Source: a virus
Length of the DNA stretch: 51,263 nucleotides
IMG/VR virus record: IMGVR_UViG_3300010232_000005
Strand: one strand, 5' to 3'
How positions within the stretch are numbered: position 1 is the stretch's first letter; the number at the start of each line of letters is the position of its first letter. The translations under genes were made by a program, and so were the position numbers. The notes beneath the pieces were generated by a model. The model was not told the origin of the DNA, made no database searches, and was given only the letters and a program-made list of their open reading frames with translations. Positions 42,985-50,060 of this stretch are shown here, one piece after another.

Positions 42985-43157
42985 GGGTCGATAGGTTCCC
43001 GTTCGACGTTAGCCCCGGCGGTTACGTGATTCCCGCTTTTCCATGCGTTCGCACACGGTTCACACCGATTCCTGGGCTTCGGAACGGCACCGTATTTCGC
43101 CCGGATAACGACGTCGGCGTCGCGGTCACACCCGTGGGTTTGGCATTTCGGCGTCAT
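42981..43157 (-). CDS. 58-aa Cys/His mini-protein (not in the track)
   Basis: Hand translation: MTPKCQTHGCDRDADVVIRAKYGAVPKPRNRCEPCANAWKSGNH... ATGA overlaps at both ends. Confidence 0.45.
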   Translation of the reverse strand: MTPKCQTHGCDRDADVVIRAKYGAVPKPRNRCEPCANAWKSGNHVTAGANVEREPIDP

Positions 43158-43516
43158 GGTTCGGGTATGTCGTCTTTCGGGTCGGATAGCGTGACGTCTT
43201 CGACGGCGGGCACGGCCCGGTCGTCGAACGTATCGGCGTCGTTCACCTTCGCGGCGTACGTTTGGGCGGCGTTCCCGGTGACGAAGGCGTATCGGGCGGT
43301 GGTCGCCCCGCGTGCGTCGCCGTATCGTTCGAAGGGGACAAACACGGTTTCGTCGCCCGCGTCGACAAGGGCTTCTAGCTGATTGGCGAAGTCGTTCGGC
43401 CCCCGGTCGTCGACGTACGCGACGCTATGGGCGTTGGCGTCGTCGATCCGTTCGGCCGTGCGGCGAAGGACTTGCGCGACGTTTTCGGCTTCGGCGTCGG
43501 ACAGGATTACGACCAT
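43154..43516 (-). CDS. Hypothetical acidic protein
   Basis: 120 aa. The CTTTAGC element of the consensus promoter at 43540-43555 starts 30 nt upstream of the ATG. Confidence 0.6.
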   Translation of the reverse strand: MVVILSDAEAENVAQVLRRTAERIDDANAHSVAYVDDRGPNDFANQLEALVDAGDETVFVPFERYGDARGATTARYAFVTGNAAQTYAAKVNDADTFDDRAVPAVEDVTLSDPKDDIPEP

Positions 43517-43653
43517 GCTATCGTGGTCGTGCGGGGGGAGCTAAAGCGTGCCGGTGATCGACGTGTGGCGTATAAACTGTATGTTGGGATATAGAACGTT
43601 AGCCGGTGGCAAAGTCGAAGTCGTCACGAACCGACCGTTTCCTAGGCGGGTGA

Positions 43654-44724
43654 TTATAGCCCGCGCCGGTCGGTTAGCGGTATGTCGTGGTGCGCGTCGG
43701 GGTTGGGGTCGTCGCACTTGGCTTCGACTTCGTCGGCTAGTTCCCGCAATTTTTCGGCAAGGTCGGTTACTTCGTCGTACCCCGGCGGCGTCGATAAGAA
43801 CGTATCTTCGACTTCCTCGGCGATTGCACGGGCGTCGTCGGGTGATAGTAGTCGGCGGGGGTTGTTCCCAAGCGTGAACCACACGCCGCCGTCGCGGTAG
43901 TTGGCGGCGACCGACACGTCTTCGCCCGGCGGCTTCCCCCCGTCGGTGCGTATGTCCGGGTCGGCCCCGGCTTCTAGTGGCGACATTAGGGCGTCGTACA
44001 CGCCGTCGACGCGGTCGTCGTCGACGTCGGGGTTTTTGATCCTGTTTGCCGACGACGCTATCAGTAGGCCGATAAAGCCCGATTCGTGTTCGGTTAGCCG
44101 GACGACTTCTTTGCCGCCGCCGTGCATGACGGTTAGGGTGACGTGGTACGTGTCGGTTCCGCCGTCGGATAGTATTTCGACGCCTTCGTCGTCGGGGTGT
44201 GCGTCGTTGTCGCCCCAAACGTGCCGGGGTTCGGGGTCGGGTCGCCGTGCGGCGTCGGCGGGGAATCCCGCCGCGTGGGGGCCGGCGTGTCCGTCGTCAC
44301 GTTTGCACCGTTCGCCGTTCGGCCCGCGTTCGCCGCACTTGCCGTCGATTATCACGCCTTCGTCGCCCGCGACGATTATGTCGTCGCCGCCGTCGGTCGC
44401 GGGTTCGCGTCGAAGGGTCGAATCCCGTGCGATAGTGGCGTGAAAGCCGTCGTCGTCGACGACCGATAGCGTGCCGGTACCGTTCCGCACGTACAGGGTT
44501 CCGGTGTCAGACCGCACTTTCACCGATTGGCTGACTTCGTCGCCGTTCATGGTATGAATTGTCGATTCGACGACTTCCCCGGTAACGCGGCCCGCTTCGT
44601 CGGCCCCCATAGGGACCGCTTTGACTTCGACACGGTCGCCTTCGGCAAGGTCGTGTGCGTCGACTGTTTCGTCGGTCGTGGCTTCGATACGGTCGCCGGT
44701 CGTGGTGTCGGTGTGTCGCACCAT
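43654..44724 (-). CDS. MVRHT-class protein (356 aa)
   Basis: The start was moved to the MVRHT ATG at 44724 (the track started 16 codons upstream, inside the promoter). Confidence 0.65.
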   Translation of the reverse strand: MVRHTDTTTGDRIEATTDETVDAHDLAEGDRVEVKAVPMGADEAGRVTGEVVESTIHTMNGDEVSQSVKVRSDTGTLYVRNGTGTLSVVDDDGFHATIARDSTLRREPATDGGDDIIVAGDEGVIIDGKCGERGPNGERCKRDDGHAGPHAAGFPADAARRPDPEPRHVWGDNDAHPDDEGVEILSDGGTDTYHVTLTVMHGGGKEVVRLTEHESGFIGLLIASSANRIKNPDVDDDRVDGVYDALMSPLEAGADPDIRTDGGKPPGEDVSVAANYRDGGVWFTLGNNPRRLLSPDDARAIAEEVEDTFLSTPPGYDEVTDLAEKLRELADEVEAKCDDPNPDAHHDIPLTDRRGL

Positions 44725-44762
44725 GTCTACCTGTTCACAACGGGGGTACGTAAATGTGGCGA
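44710..44762 (-). promoter_or_regulatory. MVRHT promoter/start module, copy 6
   Basis: ggtgtgtcgcaccatgtctacctgttcacaacgggggtacgtaaatgtggcga. Confidence 0.65.
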
Positions 44763-44782
44763 TAGTTAACAACCAAGACGGG

Positions 44783-45253
44783 TTATACCGGAAGGTGCGA
44801 TTTGCGGTCGTATTCGCCCGCTATCTTGTAATACGGGGAAAAGTAAGGCGACCCCGTGCCGAAGTCGGTTAGTGTCGATTGCGGCGTATCGAAGAATTTG
44901 CATTCGTCGGGATCGGCGGCTTCGATTACCCTAAAGTCCCATGTATTTAGGTGGTATGTCCGGTCGGCGTGTGGGATCGGCGTCACGTCGGCCTTGTTTG
45001 GGTCGCCGTCGCCGTTCGTCGTCGACGTTACGTCGGCCCGGTACACGTCGGAACCGTTCACGACCGGCGTGTGCCCTCGTTGAAACGCCGCTATTTCGTC
45101 GTCGTTTGATTCCCATGTCGGTGATTCCGTTTCCAAGACGATTAGCGATTCGTCGTTTAGGTTCGGAAGTATCGCTGCGGCGGTTAGTGCGACTCGTTCG
45201 GATAGTCCGATAGCGACCCGCAAGTCGTCGAAGGTGGTGGGTTTTAGTGCCAT
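44783..45253 (-). CDS. Hypothetical protein
   Basis: 156-aa ORF. Confidence 0.55.
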   Translation of the reverse strand: MALKPTTFDDLRVAIGLSERVALTAAAILPNLNDESLIVLETESPTWESNDDEIAAFQRGHTPVVNGSDVYRADVTSTTNGDGDPNKADVTPIPHADRTYHLNTWDFRVIEAADPDECKFFDTPQSTLTDFGTGSPYFSPYYKIAGEYDRKSHLPV

Positions 45254-45255
45254 GT

Positions 45256-45555
45256 TTAGGTGGGTTCGTGTTCCGCTAAGACGTCGCCGACCCTAGCTAG
45301 CAGGTCGGCCCGGTCGCCGAACGTATCGACGTCGATTACGTCGACTGTGTCGCCGCCGACTTCGACCCGCACTTCGTGGACCGATCCGAATGGGTTGTGT
45401 GTAATGAAGGCGTGTGCGGTCGGCCCGTCATGTATCCGGGCGTCTTCGTCGGGGTCGTGTCGCCATGATATTACGTCGCCTTCGATCCAATTTAGCACCC
45501 ATTTGCCCGGCGTCGGGTATTCCTGACCGTCGCGGGTGGTTGTGTCGTGGTTCAT
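45256..45555 (-). CDS. Hypothetical acidic protein (MNHDTTTRDGQEYP...)
   Basis: ATGA overlap with the upstream gene. The Arg-rich N-terminal extension in the track was rejected. Confidence 0.55.
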   Translation of the reverse strand: MNHDTTTRDGQEYPTPGKWVLNWIEGDVISWRHDPDEDARIHDGPTAHAFITHNPFGSVHEVRVEVGGDTVDVIDVDTFGDRADLLARVGDVLAEHEPT

Positions 45556-45923
45556 GGTTGGGTCGCCGCGTCGACGAAGCGGATTCCAGCGTATCCGTAT
45601 GCGAAGGTGAACACGCCGCCGACGATTAGTGCCGTGTGAACGTCGCCGTACGCCGCCGCAAGCGACGTCGCACCGTACGCGACCGATAGGGCACCGACGC
45701 CGACGAACAGGTACAGCCCCGCCATGACGCCCGCGACGACGCGTATGGACATGGTGGGGATCGACGCCCGCCGAAGCCGGTCGCGCAAGCCCTTGGCCCC
45801 GTCGCGGAACGTGTCGAAATGGTCCCAATCGGGGCGAAGGTCTTCGCTTGGCGGGCCGTCGGCGTTGGTCGGGTCGCCCGTCGTGTCGACTTTGCGGTCG
45901 ATTGATCGGTCGTCGGTCGCCAT
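45552..45923 (-). CDS. Membrane protein with two predicted transmembrane helices
   Basis: MATDDRSIDRK...IRVVAGVMAGLYLFVGVGALSVAYG...ALIVGGVFTFAYGYAGI. TAATG overlap with PCNA. Confidence 0.55.
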   Translation of the reverse strand: MATDDRSIDRKVDTTGDPTNADGPPSEDLRPDWDHFDTFRDGAKGLRDRLRRASIPTMSIRVVAGVMAGLYLFVGVGALSVAYGATSLAAAYGDVHTALIVGGVFTFAYGYAGIRFVDAATQP

Positions 45924-46720
45924 TATCGTGTATCTATGCGGGGGGCTTGAACAATTTTGGTGTCGACGACGTCGTTCCGGGTTGTCCAAATAAAGTATGG
46001 CATTTCCGGCCCGGACACGAATCGCACCGTGTCTTTGTCCAATAGGTCGACGACTTCCGATATGTAATCGTTCGATTGGCGGCACACGACGGCGTCCTCG
46101 GGGGGGTCTTCGTTCCATGCGAAGGCGTCGGATTCATGAACGCGAACGGTGCCGGCGTCGTCGTCTCCGTGCCCTTCGATTATGAACGTGCCGTCGTCGC
46201 CGCCCATGCGAAAGGTTGCGACCGTCGTGTTCATCTCGACGATTTGCGACGCCCGGTCGAACTTGTCGACCGGCATTGTGACGTCGATAACAAACGGTTT
46301 ATCGTCGTCGACGTCGGGCACGTCGGCCGGCGACCCTTTCACGCCGTCGGGTGTGATCCCCGCCATTTCGTAATCGACGTCGTCGGCCGTGAACGACCAT
46401 TTGTATGCTTCCCAATCCCACCCGAAGTCGACCGGCACGTCGTCGATTGCAGCCAATAGGTCGTCGAAGCGTTCGGTATTGATCCCCGACTCGAAAGTAT
46501 CGTCGACTTCGTAAATGTCGAACGCGTCGGGGTCGATGTTTTGCCGGATTAGCGCAACGTTTGCGGCGTCTTTGGTCGTCGTGCGGAAGCCCGCCGGCCC
46601 GAATTCGAAGACGGATTCGGTGATACTACTAAGCCCGTTCACACCGTCGACGACCGTTTGCCATAGGTCGGCGTCGGCGATTGTGTCGACCGTCGGTTCT
46701 TGTGACTGTGATTGTGACAT
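45923..46720 (-). CDS. pcn: PCNA sliding clamp
   Basis: 265 aa starting MSQSQSQEPTVDTIAD. The C-terminal IVQAPRIDTR matches the archaeal PCNA (M/V)LAPRI motif. Length and domain periodicity fit PCNA. The track's 409-aa version runs through the tRNA genes and was rejected. Confidence 0.8.
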   Translation of the reverse strand: MSQSQSQEPTVDTIADADLWQTVVDGVNGLSSITESVFEFGPAGFRTTTKDAANVALIRQNIDPDAFDIYEVDDTFESGINTERFDDLLAAIDDVPVDFGWDWEAYKWSFTADDVDYEMAGITPDGVKGSPADVPDVDDDKPFVIDVTMPVDKFDRASQIVEMNTTVATFRMGGDDGTFIIEGHGDDDAGTVRVHESDAFAWNEDPPEDAVVCRQSNDYISEVVDLLDKDTVRFVSGPEMPYFIWTTRNDVVDTKIVQAPRIDTR

Positions 46721-46781
46721 AGTTCGGTGTCGCTTTTGGTGTCGGGTCGCGTCGACCCGCCGACCCCTTGCGGGTCGGGAA

Positions 46782-46884
46782 CCGGGAAACGCGGATTCGA
46801 ACCGCGTCGGGTGTACCATATTCCCGTGGTCGTGGGTATTTGTGGGTCGCCCCGTTGCTGGCGACTTCCGCCATGATTTTCCCG
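46782..46884 (-). ncRNA. 103-nt tRNA-like element with a canonical T-arm and 7-bp acceptor stem but an aberrant body
   Basis: T-arm cgcgg-ttcgaat-ccgcg. The acceptor stem pairs cgggaaa with tttcccg. The middle contains only a 6-bp hairpin with an 8-nt loop (gtcgcc-agcaacgg-ggcgac). I could not fold a D-arm or a 7-nt anticodon loop by eye. Confidence 0.35.
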
Positions 46885-46957
46885 CCCCATTCGGGTCGGT
46901 ACCTAACGGCGGCGGCAAACCGTCGGCGGGGTGGGGGTCAAACCCATTTCCCGCGAA

Positions 46958-47040
46958 TGACACGGGCCGGATTCGAACCGGCGAAGCCCTTCGGCAAGCG
47001 GTCTTAAGCCGCACGCGTTCGGCCGCTTTGCTACCGTGTC
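46958..47040 (-). tRNA. tRNA-Leu (anticodon UAA), type II with a long variable arm
   Basis: gacacgg-ta-gca..gcg-tgcgg-CTTAAGA-ccgct-tgccgaagggcttc-gccgg-ttcgaat-ccggc-ccgtgtc-a. The acceptor and T-arm are perfect. The D stem and the first anticodon-stem pair are imperfect. Confidence 0.6.
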
Positions 47041-47103
47041 GAAAGGGGGGCGGATATACGGGGTCCAGACACCGACGCCCCGCCCCTAAGACGCCGCCCC
47101 CGA

Positions 47104-47176
47104 TAGTCGGGCACGGATTCGAACCGTGGTCGCCGGTTCCAAAGACCGACATGATTGGCCGCTACACCACCCGACT
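47104..47176 (-). tRNA. tRNA-Gln (anticodon UUG)
   Basis: agtcggg-tg-gtgt-agcggccaa-tcat-g-tcggt-CTTTGGA-accgg-cgac-cacgg-ttcgaat-ccgtg-cccgact-a. From memory, the 5' AGUC... and GGCCAAUC D-loop resemble haloarchaeal tRNA-Gln. Confidence 0.7.
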
Positions 47177-47200
47177 TCGCTTTATTTGGCGTGCGGGGCA

Positions 47201-47220
47201 GGTAAAGGCGTGTCGGTGGT
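47201..47220 (-). promoter_or_regulatory. Consensus promoter (ACCACCGACACGCCTTTACC) driving the tRNA-PCNA operon
   Basis: The CTTTACC element starts about 30 nt upstream of the tRNA-Gln 5' end. Confidence 0.5.
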
Positions 47221-47490
47221 CTATTCAGACCCGGACGGCGGCGTGGTGCGTTCCGATCCGAAGACCGCTAATACGTCGTTCACGCAATCGTCGCACAGTG
47301 TCGCCGTCGACCGTGACGGCGGCGGCGAATTCGTATTCGCCCCGGCGTTCCCGTCGTAATGCTTTACTTCGACGTCATGGGCGTTATCGTTTTTCAGAAG
47401 GAAGGCGTCGCACCCTTCCCCGTCGCATAGTTCGCCGCGTTCGACTTTCGATTCGTCGATTATCGTACCGTCGGGTAGGAGTAGCGTCAT
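47221..47490 (-). CDS. Small Cys-containing protein
   Basis: 89-aa ORF (…CDGEGC…CDDC…). Confidence 0.5.
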   Translation of the reverse strand: MTLLLPDGTIIDESKVERGELCDGEGCDAFLLKNDNAHDVEVKHYDGNAGANTNSPPPSRSTATLCDDCVNDVLAVFGSERTTPPSGSE

Positions 47491-47491
47491 G

Positions 47492-48115
47492 TTATTCCCC
47501 GTTTGCTGAGTTTTCCGCGTCGTGGTGGGTTAGCGATTCCATTTCGTCGGCGTCGCAACCGTCGTCGGTGTCGACGCCGATTAGGTTGCTGATAATCGAC
47601 GTCTTCTTGCGGTACGAACCATTTTCCGAATTGGCGATTAGGTACACCGCGTCGACCAAATCGTCGTCGGGTAGCCCGACCATGTGATCGGCCCCCGATA
47701 GTGCGTCTTCGATTTGGCGAAGTCGGTGCCGGGCGTCTTCGCGTTCGACATTCGCTTCCCCGACCACTTGTTCTAACCCGCGAATTCGGTCGGCAAGGTC
47801 GTCGGTCGCTTCCGGGTCTTCGTCGCCGAATAGCGCGTCGATCCCGGCGTCGCCGTTATCGCCGTCGTCGGATAGATCGGTCGCGGCGGCTTGGCCTTTC
47901 GGCGTTAGTTCGTACCGGTATGGGTCGCCGCGTACGCCTTCGCCCTTCCGAATGACGTAATTTTCTTCGTACAGGTTCGACATTACCGCAGTCTGATCGG
48001 ACGGGCGGGTCACTACGCGGCGGCCAACTTCCGACGACGTCATAGGCAAGTCGCCTTCGTCGGCGTCGTGCAGGGTGATTAGCGCGTCGGCTTTGTAGGT
48101 ATCAGGTTGCACCAT
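47492..48115 (-). CDS. Winged-helix DNA-binding protein with a coiled-coil C-terminus
   Basis: The N-terminus LHDADEGDLPMTSSEVGRRV...QTAVMSNLYEENYVIRKGE...PYRYELTPKG has a wHTH (MarR/PadR-like) pattern. Confidence 0.45.
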   Translation of the reverse strand: MVQPDTYKADALITLHDADEGDLPMTSSEVGRRVVTRPSDQTAVMSNLYEENYVIRKGEGVRGDPYRYELTPKGQAAATDLSDDGDNGDAGIDALFGDEDPEATDDLADRIRGLEQVVGEANVEREDARHRLRQIEDALSGADHMVGLPDDDLVDAVYLIANSENGSYRKKTSIISNLIGVDTDDGCDADEMESLTHHDAENSANGE

Positions 48116-49239
48116 TATTCGGCCCCGGCGTCTAGTATCTTCGCGTCGTTATACGCCGGTACGACGGCGTCGGCGTCGTCGACTAACCCGTGAATAATGT
48201 CGTCTTCCGACGGCGTCGACCCGACGTCGACGTCGTCACGTTGCGACGCAATCACCTTTAGCGCGTTATAGGGAAGTGCGTCGTCGGTCGCCTTGTTGAA
48301 CGACTTTAGCCGGTGTTCGGTCGGAATATCGTCACGGCCGAATTCGACTTCGATCCCGCTAACGTCGCCCGCCCCGTCGTCGTCGGCGACGGTGACGGTA
48401 GCGACGTCACGGTCGTCTTGGGCCTTGCCGTCGGCCCCGGTTACGGCTTCGACGTCGTCGACGTCGCCTATGTCGAAGTCCTCTAACGTGGTCGACGGTT
48501 GATCGTCGTCGTCGGGGATCGGTTCGCCCCGGTCGACGACGTCGAATTTCCCTGCGGCGGCGTAATTGGCCGCCCATGCCGGAATGTCGGCGTCGTCTTG
48601 GGACGCTTTGGTGCCCGTCGTGTAGACCGTGCGCGTTAGGTAGGAATACCCGATTATGCCCGGCCGGTCTTCGCCGCACCCGTGCGGGTGAATTACCCAA
48701 CACCGGGTACGTAGCGGTTCGACGGTCGGCGGTTCTTGCCGATCCGACACCGGGATTTTCAGGTTAAGACCGCGTTCCCGACATTCCTGTATGAAGTCGT
48801 CGGGCGTTTCCCAATGTGTCTTACCGACCGACATTAGTAAGTCGGTCGCTTGGGCCGACGTTATATCCCCGTAATGCACACCGTCGAAACCGAAGCGCAA
48901 AAGCCGGTTATGGTGTGCGTCGATTTCTTCGGCGGGCGTCGTCGACCGACCGTCGGCGACGTAATGCTTATCGAAGGAATTGCCGGGGAAGCCAAGGTAG
49001 CCGGGGATAATCGCCCCCTTGCCCGTGTGTTCCCTGTATTCGACCGGTTCGTCTAGTTCGACAAAGGGGGGAATTTCGCCGTCGGGGGCGGATAGTGCCG
49101 CGACGTCACACCGAACGTAACACGCGTTTGGCTTTAGATGGCCGCAACCACGCCGTTTGTTATCAATCGTTTCCCGCCCGTTGTCGGGTCGCCCTTCGTC
49201 TAGCTGTTCGTTCACCGCTTCGATTAGTGGGTTTGCCAT
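48115..49239 (-). CDS. Unknown protein, 374 aa (N-terminal Cys/His cluster, acidic C-terminus)
   Basis: RRGCGHLKPNACYVRCD...CWVIHPHGCG. No family recognised. Confidence 0.55.
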   Translation of the reverse strand: MANPLIEAVNEQLDEGRPDNGRETIDNKRRGCGHLKPNACYVRCDVAALSAPDGEIPPFVELDEPVEYREHTGKGAIIPGYLGFPGNSFDKHYVADGRSTTPAEEIDAHHNRLLRFGFDGVHYGDITSAQATDLLMSVGKTHWETPDDFIQECRERGLNLKIPVSDRQEPPTVEPLRTRCWVIHPHGCGEDRPGIIGYSYLTRTVYTTGTKASQDDADIPAWAANYAAAGKFDVVDRGEPIPDDDDQPSTTLEDFDIGDVDDVEAVTGADGKAQDDRDVATVTVADDDGAGDVSGIEVEFGRDDIPTEHRLKSFNKATDDALPYNALKVIASQRDDVDVGSTPSEDDIIHGLVDDADAVVPAYNDAKILDAGAE

Positions 49240-49300
49240 GTAGGTGTCGCCCCTATCCGTCGGCTATACCGGCAAGTGGTAAAACCGTGTCGGTGTCTCA

Positions 49301-49888
49301 TTAGCTTGTAGATTCTTGTTTATCCTGTTTCCTCCCAGGCTCCCCCGGTGGTAGGTCGTGCCGCTTCCGCCATTTGGTGATTGTTCGGGGCGCACACCCC
49401 CACACTTCTGCAAGACGGTTACCCGACATTTTCTTTAATCCTTCCCGCATTTCGTCGGGGTCGCGCCAAGGTGCTTCGCCCCACATATCGTCGCCGTGAC
49501 GTCGAGCGTGGTCGGCTATATTTACAACTTCAATATTTGACGGTCGGTTATCCCACCGTATCCCGTTCTTGTGATGTATTTGTTTTGGTCCGCCGAATAA
49601 CTGATATGGATCGGCACCGTCGGCGATAGCGACCAATTGGTGTAAAAATAGACGGTCGTGTGTTCCGAACCCGGTTGACTCTATTTCGACATAGCCGTCG
49701 GTTCGTGTTCGATACATGGTTCGATTCACCCGTCGCGCTTCGACCGCGTGTTCCCACGGTTCTTTTCCCATGCCAAAGTACCCGCACCATTCGGGGTTAA
49801 GGCTGTCGGCCCTTGCAGCTTCGTGTGTTCGGGCTGTTCGACGAATATCAGATACCGGAATAGTTATTACCGATTTGCTGTTTTTCAA
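49301..49888 (-). CDS. HNH homing endonuclease with a C-terminal HTH
   Basis: LHQLVAIADG...QIHHKNGIRWDNRPSNIEVVNIADHARRH (HNH_3 pattern) and LAEVWGCAPRTITKWRKRH. GC is low. The only available in-frame start is TTG 49888. Confidence 0.75.
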   Translation of the reverse strand: MKNSKSVITIPVSDIRRTARTHEAARADSLNPEWCGYFGMGKEPWEHAVEARRVNRTMYRTRTDGYVEIESTGFGTHDRLFLHQLVAIADGADPYQLFGGPKQIHHKNGIRWDNRPSNIEVVNIADHARRHGDDMWGEAPWRDPDEMREGLKKMSGNRLAEVWGCAPRTITKWRKRHDLPPGEPGRKQDKQESTS

Positions 49889-50060
49889 AATAGAAAACCC
49901 ACATAGGAATTGAAACTTCGATTCGCTATGCCGGTCGGGGGCGTTGTCGTGTCACAACGGACAGAAAACCCTCGTAGGGATTGAAACACGTGTCGAAGGG
50001 TGTCGACGACACCGCCCCCGACCGTCACAACGGACAGAAAACCCTCATAGAGATTGTAAC
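49880..50060 (+). CRISPR. Mini-CRISPR array: 3 repeats (37 nt) and 2 spacers (34 and 36 nt), with no cas genes
   Basis: R2 (49951-49987) is gtcacaacggacagaaaaccctcgtagggattgaaac. R3 (50024-50060) matches R2 at 34/37. R1 (49880-49916) is repeat-like only in its 3' 25 nt (22/25). The spacers are 49917-49950 and 49988-50023. The strand was inferred from the ATTGAAAC 3' end. Confidence 0.8.

Noticed and set aside
46782-46884. Interpretation of the tRNA-like element as an attP site of an integrating provirus
   Set aside because: No integrase or recombinase gene was recognisable anywhere in the genome, and the element has both acceptor strands rather than only a tRNA 3' fragment. It is kept as an open possibility only inside the corresponding finding.
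47041-47103. GC-rich spacer between tRNA-Leu and tRNA-Gln, considered as a fourth tRNA
   Set aside because: It has no T-arm (GTTCGAATC-like) or acceptor pairing, only ggggcgg / ccgcccc stems. It is more likely a processing spacer.
45923-47152. 409-aa version of the PCNA ORF
   Set aside because: The N-terminal 144 residues are translated across three tRNA or tRNA-like genes and are Arg/Pro-rich. PCNA starts at ATG 46720 (MSQSQSQEP).
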